DNA of 64,000 nucleotides from an uncultured Aquitalea sp. (GTDB lineage Bacteria; Pseudomonadota; Gammaproteobacteria; Burkholderiales; Chromobacteriaceae): NCBI RefSeq assembly GCF_945957525.1, contig NZ_CAMFLA010000021.1, positions 1 to 64,000 of the forward strand, read 5' to 3'. Shown piece by piece: positions 1 to 8,903 of this stretch (position 1 is its first letter; each line of letters starts with the position of its first letter). The notes under the pieces were generated by a model. It saw only the letters and a program-made list of their open reading frames with translations, ran no database searches and was not told where the DNA came from. The position numbers and the translations under genes were made by a program.

Positions 1-397
1 ACTCGCCTTCACCCATCATTTTGATGCCGGTGCTATCCACCAGGAGATGCAGACAGCCCTGCTTCTTCTGCACCGGGATGCGCACCTGCAGGTCTTTCTG
101 CCGGCGGGAAAGCGTGCTGAAGTCGGGAACGGCCCAATCAAGTCCAGCCAGGCGCAACATGCTTCCGACCATGCCTGTGGTTTGCCATAGCGCCAGACCA
201 AAGAGACATTTGATGGTGAGACAGAACTGGATGGCGGCATCGGAAAAAGTTGGCTGCCGTCCCCGCCTGCCGGTAGCCGGTGCCAACCAGTTCATGTTTT
301 TGTTGAGCCAGAGAAGGAGCTGCCCTCGTTGCTTGAGGGGCTGGTTGTTGGACTGCTAGTTGATGGTTTGGTACTTGGGAGGAAGGTGCTTGCTCAT
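1..397 (-). pseudogene. IS903-group transposase, 5' portion, with an in-frame amber codon (TAG at 356-358, minus strand) at codon 14, where IS903-type transposases have a Trp in the TNWS(T/S)YN motif.
   Basis: The translation reads MSKHLPPKYQTIN*QSNNQPLKQRG.., and the reading frame stays intact after the stop. The gene is truncated by the window edge. Confidence 0.6.
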
Positions 398-446
398 GCG
401 GTCACTCTACCGGACAGGCGCAAGCCCTGATTTGTACAACAAAGCC
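1..446 (-). mobile_element. Partial IS5-family (IS903-group) insertion sequence. The terminal inverted repeat GGCTTTGTTGTACAAATC (read on the minus strand) ends at 446, and the element continues beyond the window start.
   Basis: The minus-strand translation from the ATG at 397 matches the IS903-type transposase N-terminus and DDE region (..GRRGRQPTFSDAAIQFCLTIKCLFGLALWQTTGMVGSMLRLAGLDWAVPDFSTLSRRQKDL..HLLVDSTGIKMMGEGEW). The terminal repeat resembles the IS903 IR GGCTTTGTTGAATAAATC. GC here is visibly lower than in flanking DNA. Confidence 0.7.
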
Positions 447-590
447 ACTGCATAGCACATGCGGCGACGAAAGATCCACACAACAAGTATCAGAGAAGCT
501 GCCCCGAAAGCGTCTCCACACAGCGAAGGCAGTCCCATGGGCGGTTGGCATCCAGCTTGAAAGAGAGGATTACCCCTACTCCACCATGAG

Positions 591-618
591 AAAACCCGGC
601 TCAAGGCCGGGTTTTTTT
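591..618. terminator. Rho-independent terminator hairpin (aaaacccggc tcaa ggccgggttttttt), which is bidirectional in form.
   Basis: A GC-rich stem is followed by a T7 run on the plus strand and preceded by an A run. It sits between the IS end and the cysN stop. Confidence 0.6.
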
Positions 619-660
619 GACCTGACGGCAGTCCCATCCCAGAACGCTGCCATCATGGCA

Positions 661-2097
661 TCAGAGCAGCTTGCTGATGTCTTTCGCCTCCCAGTGCGGG
701 AAGTATTTGCGCACCAGTGCGTTCAGCTCCACCTCAAAGGCGCGCAAGCGGGTCAGTTCATCCTCGGCGGCCGGCGCTTCGCCGGCATATTCCGCAGCGG
801 ATGTCACCATGCCTGCGGCGGCGGTTGCATTGCTCAGGCGGTCAATGATGATGAAACTGCCGGTGCCGCGGCTCAGGCTGTAAGCGTCGAACACTACCGG
901 CGCGTTGAGTTCCACGCGGATCAGGGCGATTTCATTGAGCGCCAGCTCTTCGGTGTCAAAGCGCTTGAGCGTGTTGACGTCGATGCGATGGCGAATGGCG
1001 GCCACGCGGCCGGTGACGAACTTGCCGGCCAGTTTGAAACCGTACTCTTTGCCCACCACCAGCGGCGCTTCAGACATCCATACCACGTGCGCTTCCAGCG
1101 CTTGCGATACCGAGGGCGCCTGTTGATCTGCGCGCACCAGCAGGTCGCCGCGCGAGATGTCGATCTCGTCTTCCAGCGTAACCGTGATGGCCTGGCCGAC
1201 AAAGGCGGATTCCAGTTCGCCCTCGTAAGTGACCAATGATTTGACGCGGCTTTGCTTGCCGGAAGGCAACACTTTCACCGCATCGCCCGGGCGCACTTCG
1301 CCGGCGACGATGGTGCCGCAAAAGCCGCGGAAATCCAGATTGGGGCGGTTGACGTACTGCACCGGCAGGCGGAAGGCGTCCAGCGCCACGTCATGGCTGA
1401 TCTGTACGCTTTCCAGCAGCTCCATCAGGGTGCTGCCCTGATACCAAGCCATGTTTTCACTGCGCGTGACCACATTGTCGCCGCGCAGGGCGGAGATGGG
1501 CACGAAACGGATGTCTGGAATATCCAGGTGTTCGGCAAACGTAAGGTATTCGTCGCGGATGCGCTGGTAGGTGTCTTCGTTGTGTTCGACCAGATCCATC
1601 TTGTTGACCGCGACGATGACGTGACGGATACCCAGCAGACTGACGATATAGCTATGGCGGCGGGTTTGGGTCTGCACGCCGCGACGGGCGTCGATCAGGA
1701 TGATGGCCAGGTTGCTGGTGGAAGCGCCGGTGGCCATGTTGCGGGTGTACTGCTCGTGGCCCGGGCAGTCGGCAATGATGAACTTGCGCTTTTCGGTGCT
1801 GAAGTAGCGGTAGGCCACATCGATAGTGATGCCCTGCTCGCGCTCGGCTTGCAGGCCGTCCACCAGCAAGGCGAGGTCGATGTTCTGGTCGGTGGTGTTG
1901 TACTTTTTCGAGTCGCGCTCGATGGCGGCCAGCTGGTCTTCGAAGATCAGCTTGGAATCATGCAACAGACGGCCGATCAGCGTGGACTTGCCGTCGTCGA
2001 CGTTGCCGCAGGTGATGAAGCGCAGCATGTCTTTGTTTTCATGCTGCTTTAGGTATTCCAGGATGTCCTGGGCAATCAGGTCGGACTGGTGGGACAT
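661..2097 (-). CDS. cysN: Sulfate adenylyltransferase subunit 1 (GTPase subunit).
   Basis: The ORF carries GTPase motifs GNVDDGKST and DCPGH, and is collinear with E. coli CysN along its length. The start was moved to the ATG at 2095-2097 (MSHQSDL..). Confidence 0.9.
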   Translation of the reverse strand: MSHQSDLIAQDILEYLKQHENKDMLRFITCGNVDDGKSTLIGRLLHDSKLIFEDQLAAIERDSKKYNTTDQNIDLALLVDGLQAEREQGITIDVAYRYFSTEKRKFIIADCPGHEQYTRNMATGASTSNLAIILIDARRGVQTQTRRHSYIVSLLGIRHVIVAVNKMDLVEHNEDTYQRIRDEYLTFAEHLDIPDIRFVPISALRGDNVVTRSENMAWYQGSTLMELLESVQISHDVALDAFRLPVQYVNRPNLDFRGFCGTIVAGEVRPGDAVKVLPSGKQSRVKSLVTYEGELESAFVGQAITVTLEDEIDISRGDLLVRADQQAPSVSQALEAHVVWMSEAPLVVGKEYGFKLAGKFVTGRVAAIRHRIDVNTLKRFDTEELALNEIALIRVELNAPVVFDAYSLSRGTGSFIIIDRLSNATAAAGMVTSAAEYAGEAPAAEDELTRLRAFEVELNALVRKYFPHWEAKDISKLL

Positions 2098-2176
2098 GAT
2101 CGTTTCTTCCACTGGTGGCCCGGGTCTGGCCCGGGCGGCGTTCATTCGGTGTGCGAGGTTGGCCGAAGCGGCCGGA

Positions 2177-3100
2177 TCAGAAGTAGCCTTCCATCTTCTT
2201 CTTTTCCATCGAGCCGGCCTGGTCGTGGTCGATCACGCGGCCCTGGCGTTCGCTGGTGGTGGTGAGCAGCATTTCCTGGATCACCTCCGGCAAGGTGGCG
2301 GCGGTGGATTCCACCGCGCCGGTCAGCGGATAACAGCCCAGCGTGCGGAAGCGCACGGACTTGCGGGTGATGGAAGCCTTTTGCTCCGGCGTCAGGTATT
2401 GCAGGATACGCTCGTCGTCAATCATCACCAGCGTGCCGTTGAGGTCCACCACTTCGCGCTCGGCGGAGAAATACAGCGGCACGATCTCGATGTTTTCCAG
2501 GTAGATGTATTGCCAGATGTCCAGCTCGGTCCAGTTGGAGAGCGGAAACACGCGAATGCTCTCGCCCTTGTCGATCTTGCTGTTGTAGATGTTCCAGAGT
2601 TCCGGGCGCTGGTTTTTCGGGTCCCAGCGATGGTTGCGGTCGCGGAAGGAGTACACGCGCTCCTTGGCGCGGGATTTCTCTTCGTCGCGGCGCGCGCCGC
2701 CAAAGGCCGCGTCAAAACCGTATTTGTTGAGCGCCTGCTTCAGGCCTTCGGTTTTCATCACGTCGGTGTGCTTGGCGCTGCCCACAGTGAAAGGGTTCAC
2801 GCCGGCCTTCACGCCGTCTTCGTTGACGTGAACGATCAGGTCCCAGCCTTCAGCCGCCTGCTTGTCGCGCAGGGCGTACATGTCCTTGAATTTCCAGGTG
2901 GTGTCCACGTGCATCAGCGGAAACGGCGGCTTGCCGGGGGCAAACGCCTTGCGCGCCAGATGCAGCATCACGGCGGAGTCCTTGCCGATGGAGTACAGCA
3001 TCACCGGGTTTTCAAACTCGGCCGCCACTTCACGGATAATGTGGATGGACTCCGCTTCCAGTTGCTTCAAGTGCGTCAGTTTCTGTTGACTGATGTTCAT
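2177..3100 (-). CDS. cysD: Sulfate adenylyltransferase subunit 2.
   Basis: The PAPS-reductase-like fold is present, with [12 protein letters not shown] and the C-terminal motifs typical of CysD. The start is at MNISQQ.. (ATG at 3098-3100). The gene lies immediately upstream of cysN on the minus strand. Confidence 0.9.
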   Translation of the reverse strand: MNISQQKLTHLKQLEAESIHIIREVAAEFENPVMLYSIGKDSAVMLHLARKAFAPGKPPFPLMHVDTTWKFKDMYALRDKQAAEGWDLIVHVNEDGVKAGVNPFTVGSAKHTDVMKTEGLKQALNKYGFDAAFGGARRDEEKSRAKERVYSFRDRNHRWDPKNQRPELWNIYNSKIDKGESIRVFPLSNWTELDIWQYIYLENIEIVPLYFSAEREVVDLNGTLVMIDDERILQYLTPEQKASITRKSVRFRTLGCYPLTGAVESTAATLPEVIQEMLLTTTSERQGRVIDHDQAGSMEKKKMEGYF

Positions 3101-3372
3101 GCTATCCCGCCTGTTTCCTTGGCGGCCCGGCCCTTGGCGCCCGGCCGGCATGCCGCGCAGTGCGGGCAAGCGTTTGAACAGGCGAAAGGGGCAAAGCCCG
3201 ATGTCATCGATAGACGCCAATCTACCCGAAACGCCAGCGCAGCCAAAAATCAGTTGGATATATCAATATACGATATTGAAGTGAAAAATTAGCACAAAGA
3301 GCAATAATGCAAATTGACGCACCTGTTCCATTGGCCGGCATTCCGCCCTACAGTTGGAGCAGGGAGAAAAAA

Positions 3373-5550
3373 ATGAACAACAAGGACTCAGTCCAGCCTT
3401 TGCACGTCACCCGCGCCTTGCTGTGCGGCGACGGCCTTACCGTCCACCTGGCCACGGATGGCGACGGTCGGGAATTTCTGCTGCTGCCGGCTTCAGGCAC
3501 CCCGCTCCCATCCCCTTCCTCGCTGCCCGGCAGCCTGCTGGCTCGGCCGGATGAGGTGATGACAACGGAAGACGGCGCGTTGGCGGCTTTTGCGCTGGGC
3601 GGTCGTCAACCTTTGGCGCTGGCGCAGCTGGCGTCCTGCGATATCGAGTCGCTGGCCGGCATTGCCTGCGATCTGCTGGAGGCCCTGCTCAGCCTGCATC
3701 TGGCTGGCCAAGCGACTGGCGCATTACAACCGGAACGGCTGCTGCTGGATAGCCATCTGCAACTGACAGTACCACTGGCCGTGCTGAGCCACGCCGATGC
3801 GGACACGATGGCGGAGGACCTGCGACAAGCCGGCAAGCTGTTCTACTGGCTGTTTTCCGGCCGCCGCCACAGCAGCCTGCCTTTGCAGCGACTGAAACCG
3901 GACCTTGCTGCCGAGCTGGCCGCGCTTGTTGAAGAGATGACCGACGGCAGACTAGCCGGCGCGGTGGACAGTACCCGCCAATTGCTGGCAAGGCTGCAAG
4001 ACTGGTTGGCCGGCCGCCAGCGCTTCATCCGCCACGACGGCGACACCGAAGCGGCCCTGCAACAGCTGTTGCATCGCATGCGCCACAGCCAGGATTTTCC
4101 CGCGCTGTCGCAGGCGGTGTCCGCCATCAATCACATCGGCAACGCGGACAGCGAGCGACTGCAAGTGCTGGCCGAGATCATCCTCAAGGATTTTTCACTG
4201 ACCAACAAACTGCTCAAGGTGGTGAATTCGGCCAACTTCAGTCAGTTTGGCGGCACCGTCAGCACCGTGTCGCGCGCCATCGTCATTCTGGGTTTCGACA
4301 CCATCCGCAATCTTGCGCTGACGTTGCTGTTGTTTGAGCACATGCACAACCGCCCGCACGCGCAAGAAGTGAAGGATGTGGCCATCAAGGCGCTGTTTTG
4401 CGGGCTGATGACGCGCGCGCTGGCGCAGAAAGCCGGCCAGCGCGAGGTTGAGGAAGCCCTGATCTGCGGCATGTTCCAGCAATTGGGCGAACTGCTGTGC
4501 GTCTATTACTTCCGCGAGGAGTACCGGCTGATCCAAAAGAAATTGCAGGCCGGCAGCCGCCAGGAAGCGGCGGTGAAAAGTACGCTGGGCATCGGCTACG
4601 CCGACTTTGGCGGCGGCACGGCGGCACTGTGGAGCTTTCCCGAGCGCATCGTGCGCAGCATTGAACCGCTGGGCGACGAGCCGGTGCGTCAACCGCAGCA
4701 TGGCGAGGCCCGCCTGCGCGTCTTCAGCCATCTGGCGCGCGAACTCACCGAGCTGCTGTCGCACAACCATCCCGATTCGCTGGCGCGCGCCGCCACCCTG
4801 CTGCGCCGCTACGAGCGGGCTCTGCCGATGACGCTGCGCGACCTGGAAGACCTTATCCACGATGGCCAGCAACTATTTACCGACTATCTGCGCGAACTGG
4901 ACAGCGGCAAGGAACACAGCCCGCTGGCCCGCCAGTTGCGCACCGCCCGCATCGGCCAGACGCCGCCGCGAGCCGCCGCCCCTTCGGCCAACCTGCCGCC
5001 TGCGCTGGAAGACAGCGTGGTGGCGCCGCCTCCCGCCACCTCGGCCCTGCTGTCGGCGGGCATTCAGGACATCACCAGCACCTTGCTGGGCAATTACCAG
5101 CTCAACGACCTGCTGCGCATGATCCTGGAAACCATGTTCCGCGCGGTGGGCTTTGATCATGTGCTGCTGTGCACGCGCGATGTAAAGCTGAACCAGGTGG
5201 TGGCGCGCTTCGGTTTCGGCGACGGCGTGGACGGGCTGCTGAAGAGTTTTCGCGTGGATCTGGCTGTCAGCGACAACGCCTTTTGCATTGCCATGGACCG
5301 CAATGTGGACATCTTCATCGAGGACGCTACTGCGCCTGAAATCGCCGCGCACATCCCGCCGTGGTTCCGCCAACTGGCGCCCGGCGATACCTTCATCGTC
5401 TTCCCCCTGGTGCTGGACAAGCGCAAAATCGGCTTTTTGTACGGCGATCGGCGCAAGGCGCACAGCCTGCCGCTGAAGCCGGACGAACTCAATCTGCTGA
5501 AAACGATGCGCAATCAGGCCCTGCTGGCCATCAAGCAAAAACAGAACTGA
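3373..5550 (+). CDS. Signal-transduction protein with an N-terminal degenerate kinase-like segment, a central HDOD domain and a C-terminal GAF domain.
   Basis: The HDOD signature is ILKDFSLTNKLLKVVNSANFSQF..VSRAIVILGFDTIRNLALTLLLF. The GAF-like C-terminus is VGFDHVLLCTRD..FIVFPLVLDKRKIGFLYGD. The N-terminal segment IACDLLEALLSLHLAGQATGALQPERLLLD resembles kinase subdomain VIb with the catalytic Asp lost. A strong SD, GGGAG, sits 6 nt upstream of the ATG at 3373. Confidence 0.6.
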   Translation: MNNKDSVQPLHVTRALLCGDGLTVHLATDGDGREFLLLPASGTPLPSPSSLPGSLLARPDEVMTTEDGALAAFALGGRQPLALAQLASCDIESLAGIACDLLEALLSLHLAGQATGALQPERLLLDSHLQLTVPLAVLSHADADTMAEDLRQAGKLFYWLFSGRRHSSLPLQRLKPDLAAELAALVEEMTDGRLAGAVDSTRQLLARLQDWLAGRQRFIRHDGDTEAALQQLLHRMRHSQDFPALSQAVSAINHIGNADSERLQVLAEIILKDFSLTNKLLKVVNSANFSQFGGTVSTVSRAIVILGFDTIRNLALTLLLFEHMHNRPHAQEVKDVAIKALFCGLMTRALAQKAGQREVEEALICGMFQQLGELLCVYYFREEYRLIQKKLQAGSRQEAAVKSTLGIGYADFGGGTAALWSFPERIVRSIEPLGDEPVRQPQHGEARLRVFSHLARELTELLSHNHPDSLARAATLLRRYERALPMTLRDLEDLIHDGQQLFTDYLRELDSGKEHSPLARQLRTARIGQTPPRAAAPSANLPPALEDSVVAPPPATSALLSAGIQDITSTLLGNYQLNDLLRMILETMFRAVGFDHVLLCTRDVKLNQVVARFGFGDGVDGLLKSFRVDLAVSDNAFCIAMDRNVDIFIEDATAPEIAAHIPPWFRQLAPGDTFIVFPLVLDKRKIGFLYGDRRKAHSLPLKPDELNLLKTMRNQALLAIKQKQN

Positions 5551-5553
5551 TTC

Positions 5554-6669
5554 ATGCCCCAAGATTCCAACCTCGCGCCTGATCCACAGCGCCGCCTGCT
5601 GCTGCAAGCGGGAGCCGGCGTGGCCGCCGCCAGCCTGCTTGCCGCCTGCGGCGCGCCGCCGCTCAAGCCCGACCAGCCGTCCGCCGCATCCACCCGACCT
5701 CATCTCATGAACAACAATGAAATCTACCTGCTGGCCCTGTCCGGCACCCTGCCCAAGGCCAGCCAGCGCGATGCCGGCATTGCCCGCCTCACCGCCGCTG
5801 GCTTCACGGTCAGCAATCAGGAGGCGGTGTCCCGCCAGTACCAGCGTTTTGCCGGCACCGACGAGGAGCGGCTGTCGGATTTGCACAACCTGCTGAAACG
5901 CGACGCCATGCCGCGCATGCTGCTGGCTGGACGCGGCGGCTATGGCGCGTGCCGGCTGCTGCCGCGCATCGACTTCGGCAAACTGGTTCCCCGCCTGAAA
6001 GAAGCCGGCACCCAAGTAGTGGGCTACAGCGATTTCACCGCCCTGCAACTGGCCCTGCTGGCCAAGGGCGGAATGGGCAGTTTTGCCGGCCCCATGCTGT
6101 ACAGCGACATCGGCGGCAAAACACCCAGCGCCTATGCCCTGCAACAGTTCATGGGCTGCCTGAGCCAGAGCGGCTGGCAGGTGAGCGTGCCGGGCCGGCA
6201 AGCGGAAACCGGCCGGGGCGAAGGTTTGTTCTGGGGCGGCAACCTCAGCGTGCTGAGCAGCTTGGCCGGCTCGCCTTACTTGCCGGACATTGCCGGCGGC
6301 CTGCTGTTTCTGGAGGATGTGGGCGAACAGCCCTACCGGCTGGAGCGGATGCTGCAGCAGCTGTATCTGGCCGGCATCCTGCAAAAGCAGAAAGCCATTT
6401 TCCTCGGCGATTTCTCCATGGGGCGTATCGTCGACGCCTACGACCCGTCCTATACCCTGGGCAGCGTCATCAGCCAGATGCGCCGGGAGCTGGATGTGCC
6501 CATCTATACCGGCCTTCCTTTCGGCCACATACACGACAAAACCACTTTGCCGCTGGGCTTTCCGGCCAAATTCGCCTGCGATGAAAACGGCCTGACCCTG
6601 AGCTTCTTCGACTACCCCGCGCACAGCGCCGACGGCCTGCAGCCGGATACCCTGCTGAGCGCGATCTGA
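5554..6669 (+). CDS. ldcA: LD-carboxypeptidase (peptidase S66, muramoyltetrapeptide carboxypeptidase) with a Tat-like signal and a lipobox, so it is predicted to be an exported lipoprotein.
   Basis: The S66-family core is GYSDFTALQLAL with a downstream His/Glu region. The N-terminus carries RRLLLQAGAGVAAASLLAAC, which is a twin-Arg motif plus an L-A-A-C lipobox. Confidence 0.7.
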   Translation: MPQDSNLAPDPQRRLLLQAGAGVAAASLLAACGAPPLKPDQPSAASTRPHLMNNNEIYLLALSGTLPKASQRDAGIARLTAAGFTVSNQEAVSRQYQRFAGTDEERLSDLHNLLKRDAMPRMLLAGRGGYGACRLLPRIDFGKLVPRLKEAGTQVVGYSDFTALQLALLAKGGMGSFAGPMLYSDIGGKTPSAYALQQFMGCLSQSGWQVSVPGRQAETGRGEGLFWGGNLSVLSSLAGSPYLPDIAGGLLFLEDVGEQPYRLERMLQQLYLAGILQKQKAIFLGDFSMGRIVDAYDPSYTLGSVISQMRRELDVPIYTGLPFGHIHDKTTLPLGFPAKFACDENGLTLSFFDYPAHSADGLQPDTLLSAI

Positions 6670-6678
6670 CCGGCCGAG

Positions 6679-8082
6679 TCAGCCGTGGCGACGTTGCAGC
6701 AGCAAGGCCCCCAGCAGTCCGCCGCCCAGCAGCAGCGCCAGGCTCCAGGCCATGGGCGCGCTCAGGCCGGCCAGCCCGCCTTGCGCCAGCATCGCCGCGC
6801 CGCAGGCCAGCAAGGACAGCCCGGCCAGCCGCAGGTAAGCGGTGCGGGCGGCCCGGTCCAGCAGCCCTGTCAGCAACAGACCGGTAGTCAGCACTCCCAC
6901 CAAACCGGCCAGCGCAATGCCGTACAACTGCGCCAGCGCAGGCAGCGTCAGCAGGCACGCCGCCTGCGCGAGATTGCCGCGCAATTCGCAAGATAGCGGC
7001 GTGCGGGTATCGGCCGCCGCATAGTAATAACGCGCCAGCAAGGCGTTCCAGCTGCCAAAAACGATGGCCACGGCAAATGCCGACAGCAGGCCCGCCAGCG
7101 GCCCTTCGGCCAACCCTGCCGGCAAGACGGTACGCACCAGTTGCGGCGCGATGGCGATCAGGCCCACCGCCGCCGGCAAAGTCAGCACGGTGCAAAGCGA
7201 CAAACCGCTGTCCAGCAGCGCGCGCCGATCTTCCCGGCTCTGCCCGCTCATACGCCCCAGCAACACCTGATTGAGACTCATCAGCGCAATCAGCGGAATA
7301 TTCACCAGCTTGCGCGCCAGATTCACCAGGGTAATGGCGCCTTCGCCAAGATAAGACGCCGCCAACCGCTCCAGCCAGGCTAGGCCTTGACTTGCGCCGC
7401 CGCTGGCCAGCAAGGGCCACAACTGCCGCCACACTTCTCGCGCAGCCCCGCTCGGGCCGCGCAAACAGGGCCGCCACCCCTCGCGCCAAGCGGATGGCAA
7501 CAAGGGCAGCGCCATCAGCACGCTGCCCAGAACAAACCCCCAAGCCGCCCCGCGCGGCGTCGCGGCCGGCCCGCTCAGCCACAGATACACCACCGCAGGC
7601 AGATTGAACATCAAGGAACCCAAACCCGGCAGCAGGAAACGGCCCTGCGCCTGCGCCGGCACGGCAAACACCGCCTGCAGCATCAAGCCCGGCATGATCA
7701 GCGACAACAGCGACAGCGTCTCGGCGGCCAGCGCGAGATCCGCCGTTGCCAACCCGGGCCCCACCAGCTGCGCCAGCCCGGGGGCCAGCAAACTGATGGC
7801 CGCCGCCAGCGCCATGCCCACCCACAGCCAGTGGCGCGCCAGCGCCGCCAGCCAGCCTGGCCGATCCGCCTCCGCTCGCCCTTGCCACAAGGGCAGGCAG
7901 GCCGCCGACAGCACACCGCCGGCCAGCATGGCCCGCAGCGCTTCCGGCAAAAACATCGCCACCAGAAAAGCGTCGCTGCGATGACCCGCGCCCCAGTCCG
8001 CCACCAGCAGCCACTCGCGGGCAAAGCCCGCCGCCAGGCCGGCCAGTGTGGCCAGCGTCAGCCAGAGGGTGGCGCCGAACAT
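6679..8082 (-). CDS. pslK: Polysaccharide flippase of the MOP superfamily (Wzx/MurJ-like), about 12-14 TM helices, 467 aa. It is the PslK-like last gene of the EPS operon.
   Basis: It is a polytopic membrane protein closing a Wzx/Wzy-type EPS operon. Its start ATG (8080-8082) overlaps the upstream stop as TGATG. Its size and position match P. aeruginosa PslK by recall. Confidence 0.55.
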   Translation of the reverse strand: MFGATLWLTLATLAGLAAGFAREWLLVADWGAGHRSDAFLVAMFLPEALRAMLAGGVLSAACLPLWQGRAEADRPGWLAALARHWLWVGMALAAAISLLAPGLAQLVGPGLATADLALAAETLSLLSLIMPGLMLQAVFAVPAQAQGRFLLPGLGSLMFNLPAVVYLWLSGPAATPRGAAWGFVLGSVLMALPLLPSAWREGWRPCLRGPSGAAREVWRQLWPLLASGGASQGLAWLERLAASYLGEGAITLVNLARKLVNIPLIALMSLNQVLLGRMSGQSREDRRALLDSGLSLCTVLTLPAAVGLIAIAPQLVRTVLPAGLAEGPLAGLLSAFAVAIVFGSWNALLARYYYAAADTRTPLSCELRGNLAQAACLLTLPALAQLYGIALAGLVGVLTTGLLLTGLLDRAARTAYLRLAGLSLLACGAAMLAQGGLAGLSAPMAWSLALLLGGGLLGALLLQRRHG

Positions 8083-8903
8083 CAGTGCAGGAAAGTGAAC
8101 AGCCCGAGGCCGCCCACCTTGTAATTGAGGTTGTGCGGCCGCTCGCCCATAGGCTTGGCCCCGCTGCCGCCCACAATCTTGTACGGAGCCACTTCCTTGC
8201 TCACCACGGTATTGGCCGTCACCACCGCGCCGCGACCGATGCGCGCGCCGTGGCCGATCAGCGCGCCGGTGGCAATCCACACGTAGTCATCGATAAAGAT
8301 GGGCGCCGATACCGACCAGAATTCCGGGGCGGCCAGATCATGACTGCCGGCGATGATTCTGGCGTAGGACGCCACGGCCACGTGATCGCCGATGATCAGG
8401 CCGGCGCGGGCGTCTATCTGGCAGTGCCAGGCAATCACGCTGTCCACGCCCATCACTAGGTTTTCCACACCCAGCACTTCGGTATTGCGCCAGATGGTAG
8501 AGCCCTTGCCGATGCGCGCGCCACCCAGCCGCAGCCAGGCCAAACGCACATGGTGACTGGGAATCTTGTTCACCAGCATGTTGTAGCACTGCTCCCACAC
8601 CCGACGGCAGCGATCTTTCAGCGTGGGCCAGTTCAGCCCGTACAAGGGCACGAACGTGGCGGGCACCTCATCTCGCAGCAAGGCGAAGAAGCGGCGCGCC
8701 AGCGGGTGCGCGATGCGCGGCTCGATATTGATGGAGCAGATGGACACCCTTGGCGACGCCGCATCGCCCTCCTCGAAGGCCACGTCGTTGGCCAGCATCC
8801 ATCGCCAGGCTTCGGCCAACTCGGTTTCCGGCACGCCCAGGCGCGCGGCGTATTCGTCAAGGCGCGCCGACACGCCGTGTGAATGATAAACCCGATGTTT
8901 CAT
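8082..8903 (-). CDS. Hexapeptide-repeat (LbH) acyl/acetyltransferase with a roughly 100-aa non-LbH N-terminal extension. It probably O-acetylates the EPS.
   Basis: The C-terminal half contains left-handed beta-helix repeats (..IGKGSTIWRNTEVLGVENLVMGVDSVIAWHCQIDARAGLIIGDHVAVASYARIIAGSHD..). It lies inside the EPS operon between the Wzy-like and Wzx-like genes. Confidence 0.7.
   Translation of the reverse strand: MKHRVYHSHGVSARLDEYAARLGVPETELAEAWRWMLANDVAFEEGDAASPRVSICSINIEPRIAHPLARRFFALLRDEVPATFVPLYGLNWPTLKDRCRRVWEQCYNMLVNKIPSHHVRLAWLRLGGARIGKGSTIWRNTEVLGVENLVMGVDSVIAWHCQIDARAGLIIGDHVAVASYARIIAGSHDLAAPEFWSVSAPIFIDDYVWIATGALIGHGARIGRGAVVTANTVVSKEVAPYKIVGGSGAKPMGERPHNLNYKVGGLGLFTFLH

Noticed and set aside
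16..359. ORF-track ORFs 16-240 (minus) and 21-359 (plus) at the window start.
   Set aside because: A different minus-strand frame gives a clear IS903-type transposase, so these are out-of-frame artefacts of the IS fragment.
1826..3292. Long ORFs antisense to annotated genes throughout the window. Examples are 1252-2052, 1826-3292, 4873-6624, 6470-8176, 7387-8124, 12820-14052, 15320-17095, 18902-20323, 24526-26664, 42426-44663, 46339-48264 and 58628-61024.
   Set aside because: They lie opposite genes with strong, full-length family matches. Their translations are Arg/Gly/Ala/His/Gln-rich low-complexity strings with no recognisable motifs. Stop-free antisense frames are expected at about 65% GC.
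6679..8082. Calling the terminal flippase MurJ, the lipid II flippase.
   Set aside because: Its position as the last gene of a Wzx/Wzy-type EPS operon, coupled to the acetyltransferase stop, favours an EPS repeat-unit flippase (Wzx/PslK-like) over the essential peptidoglycan MurJ.
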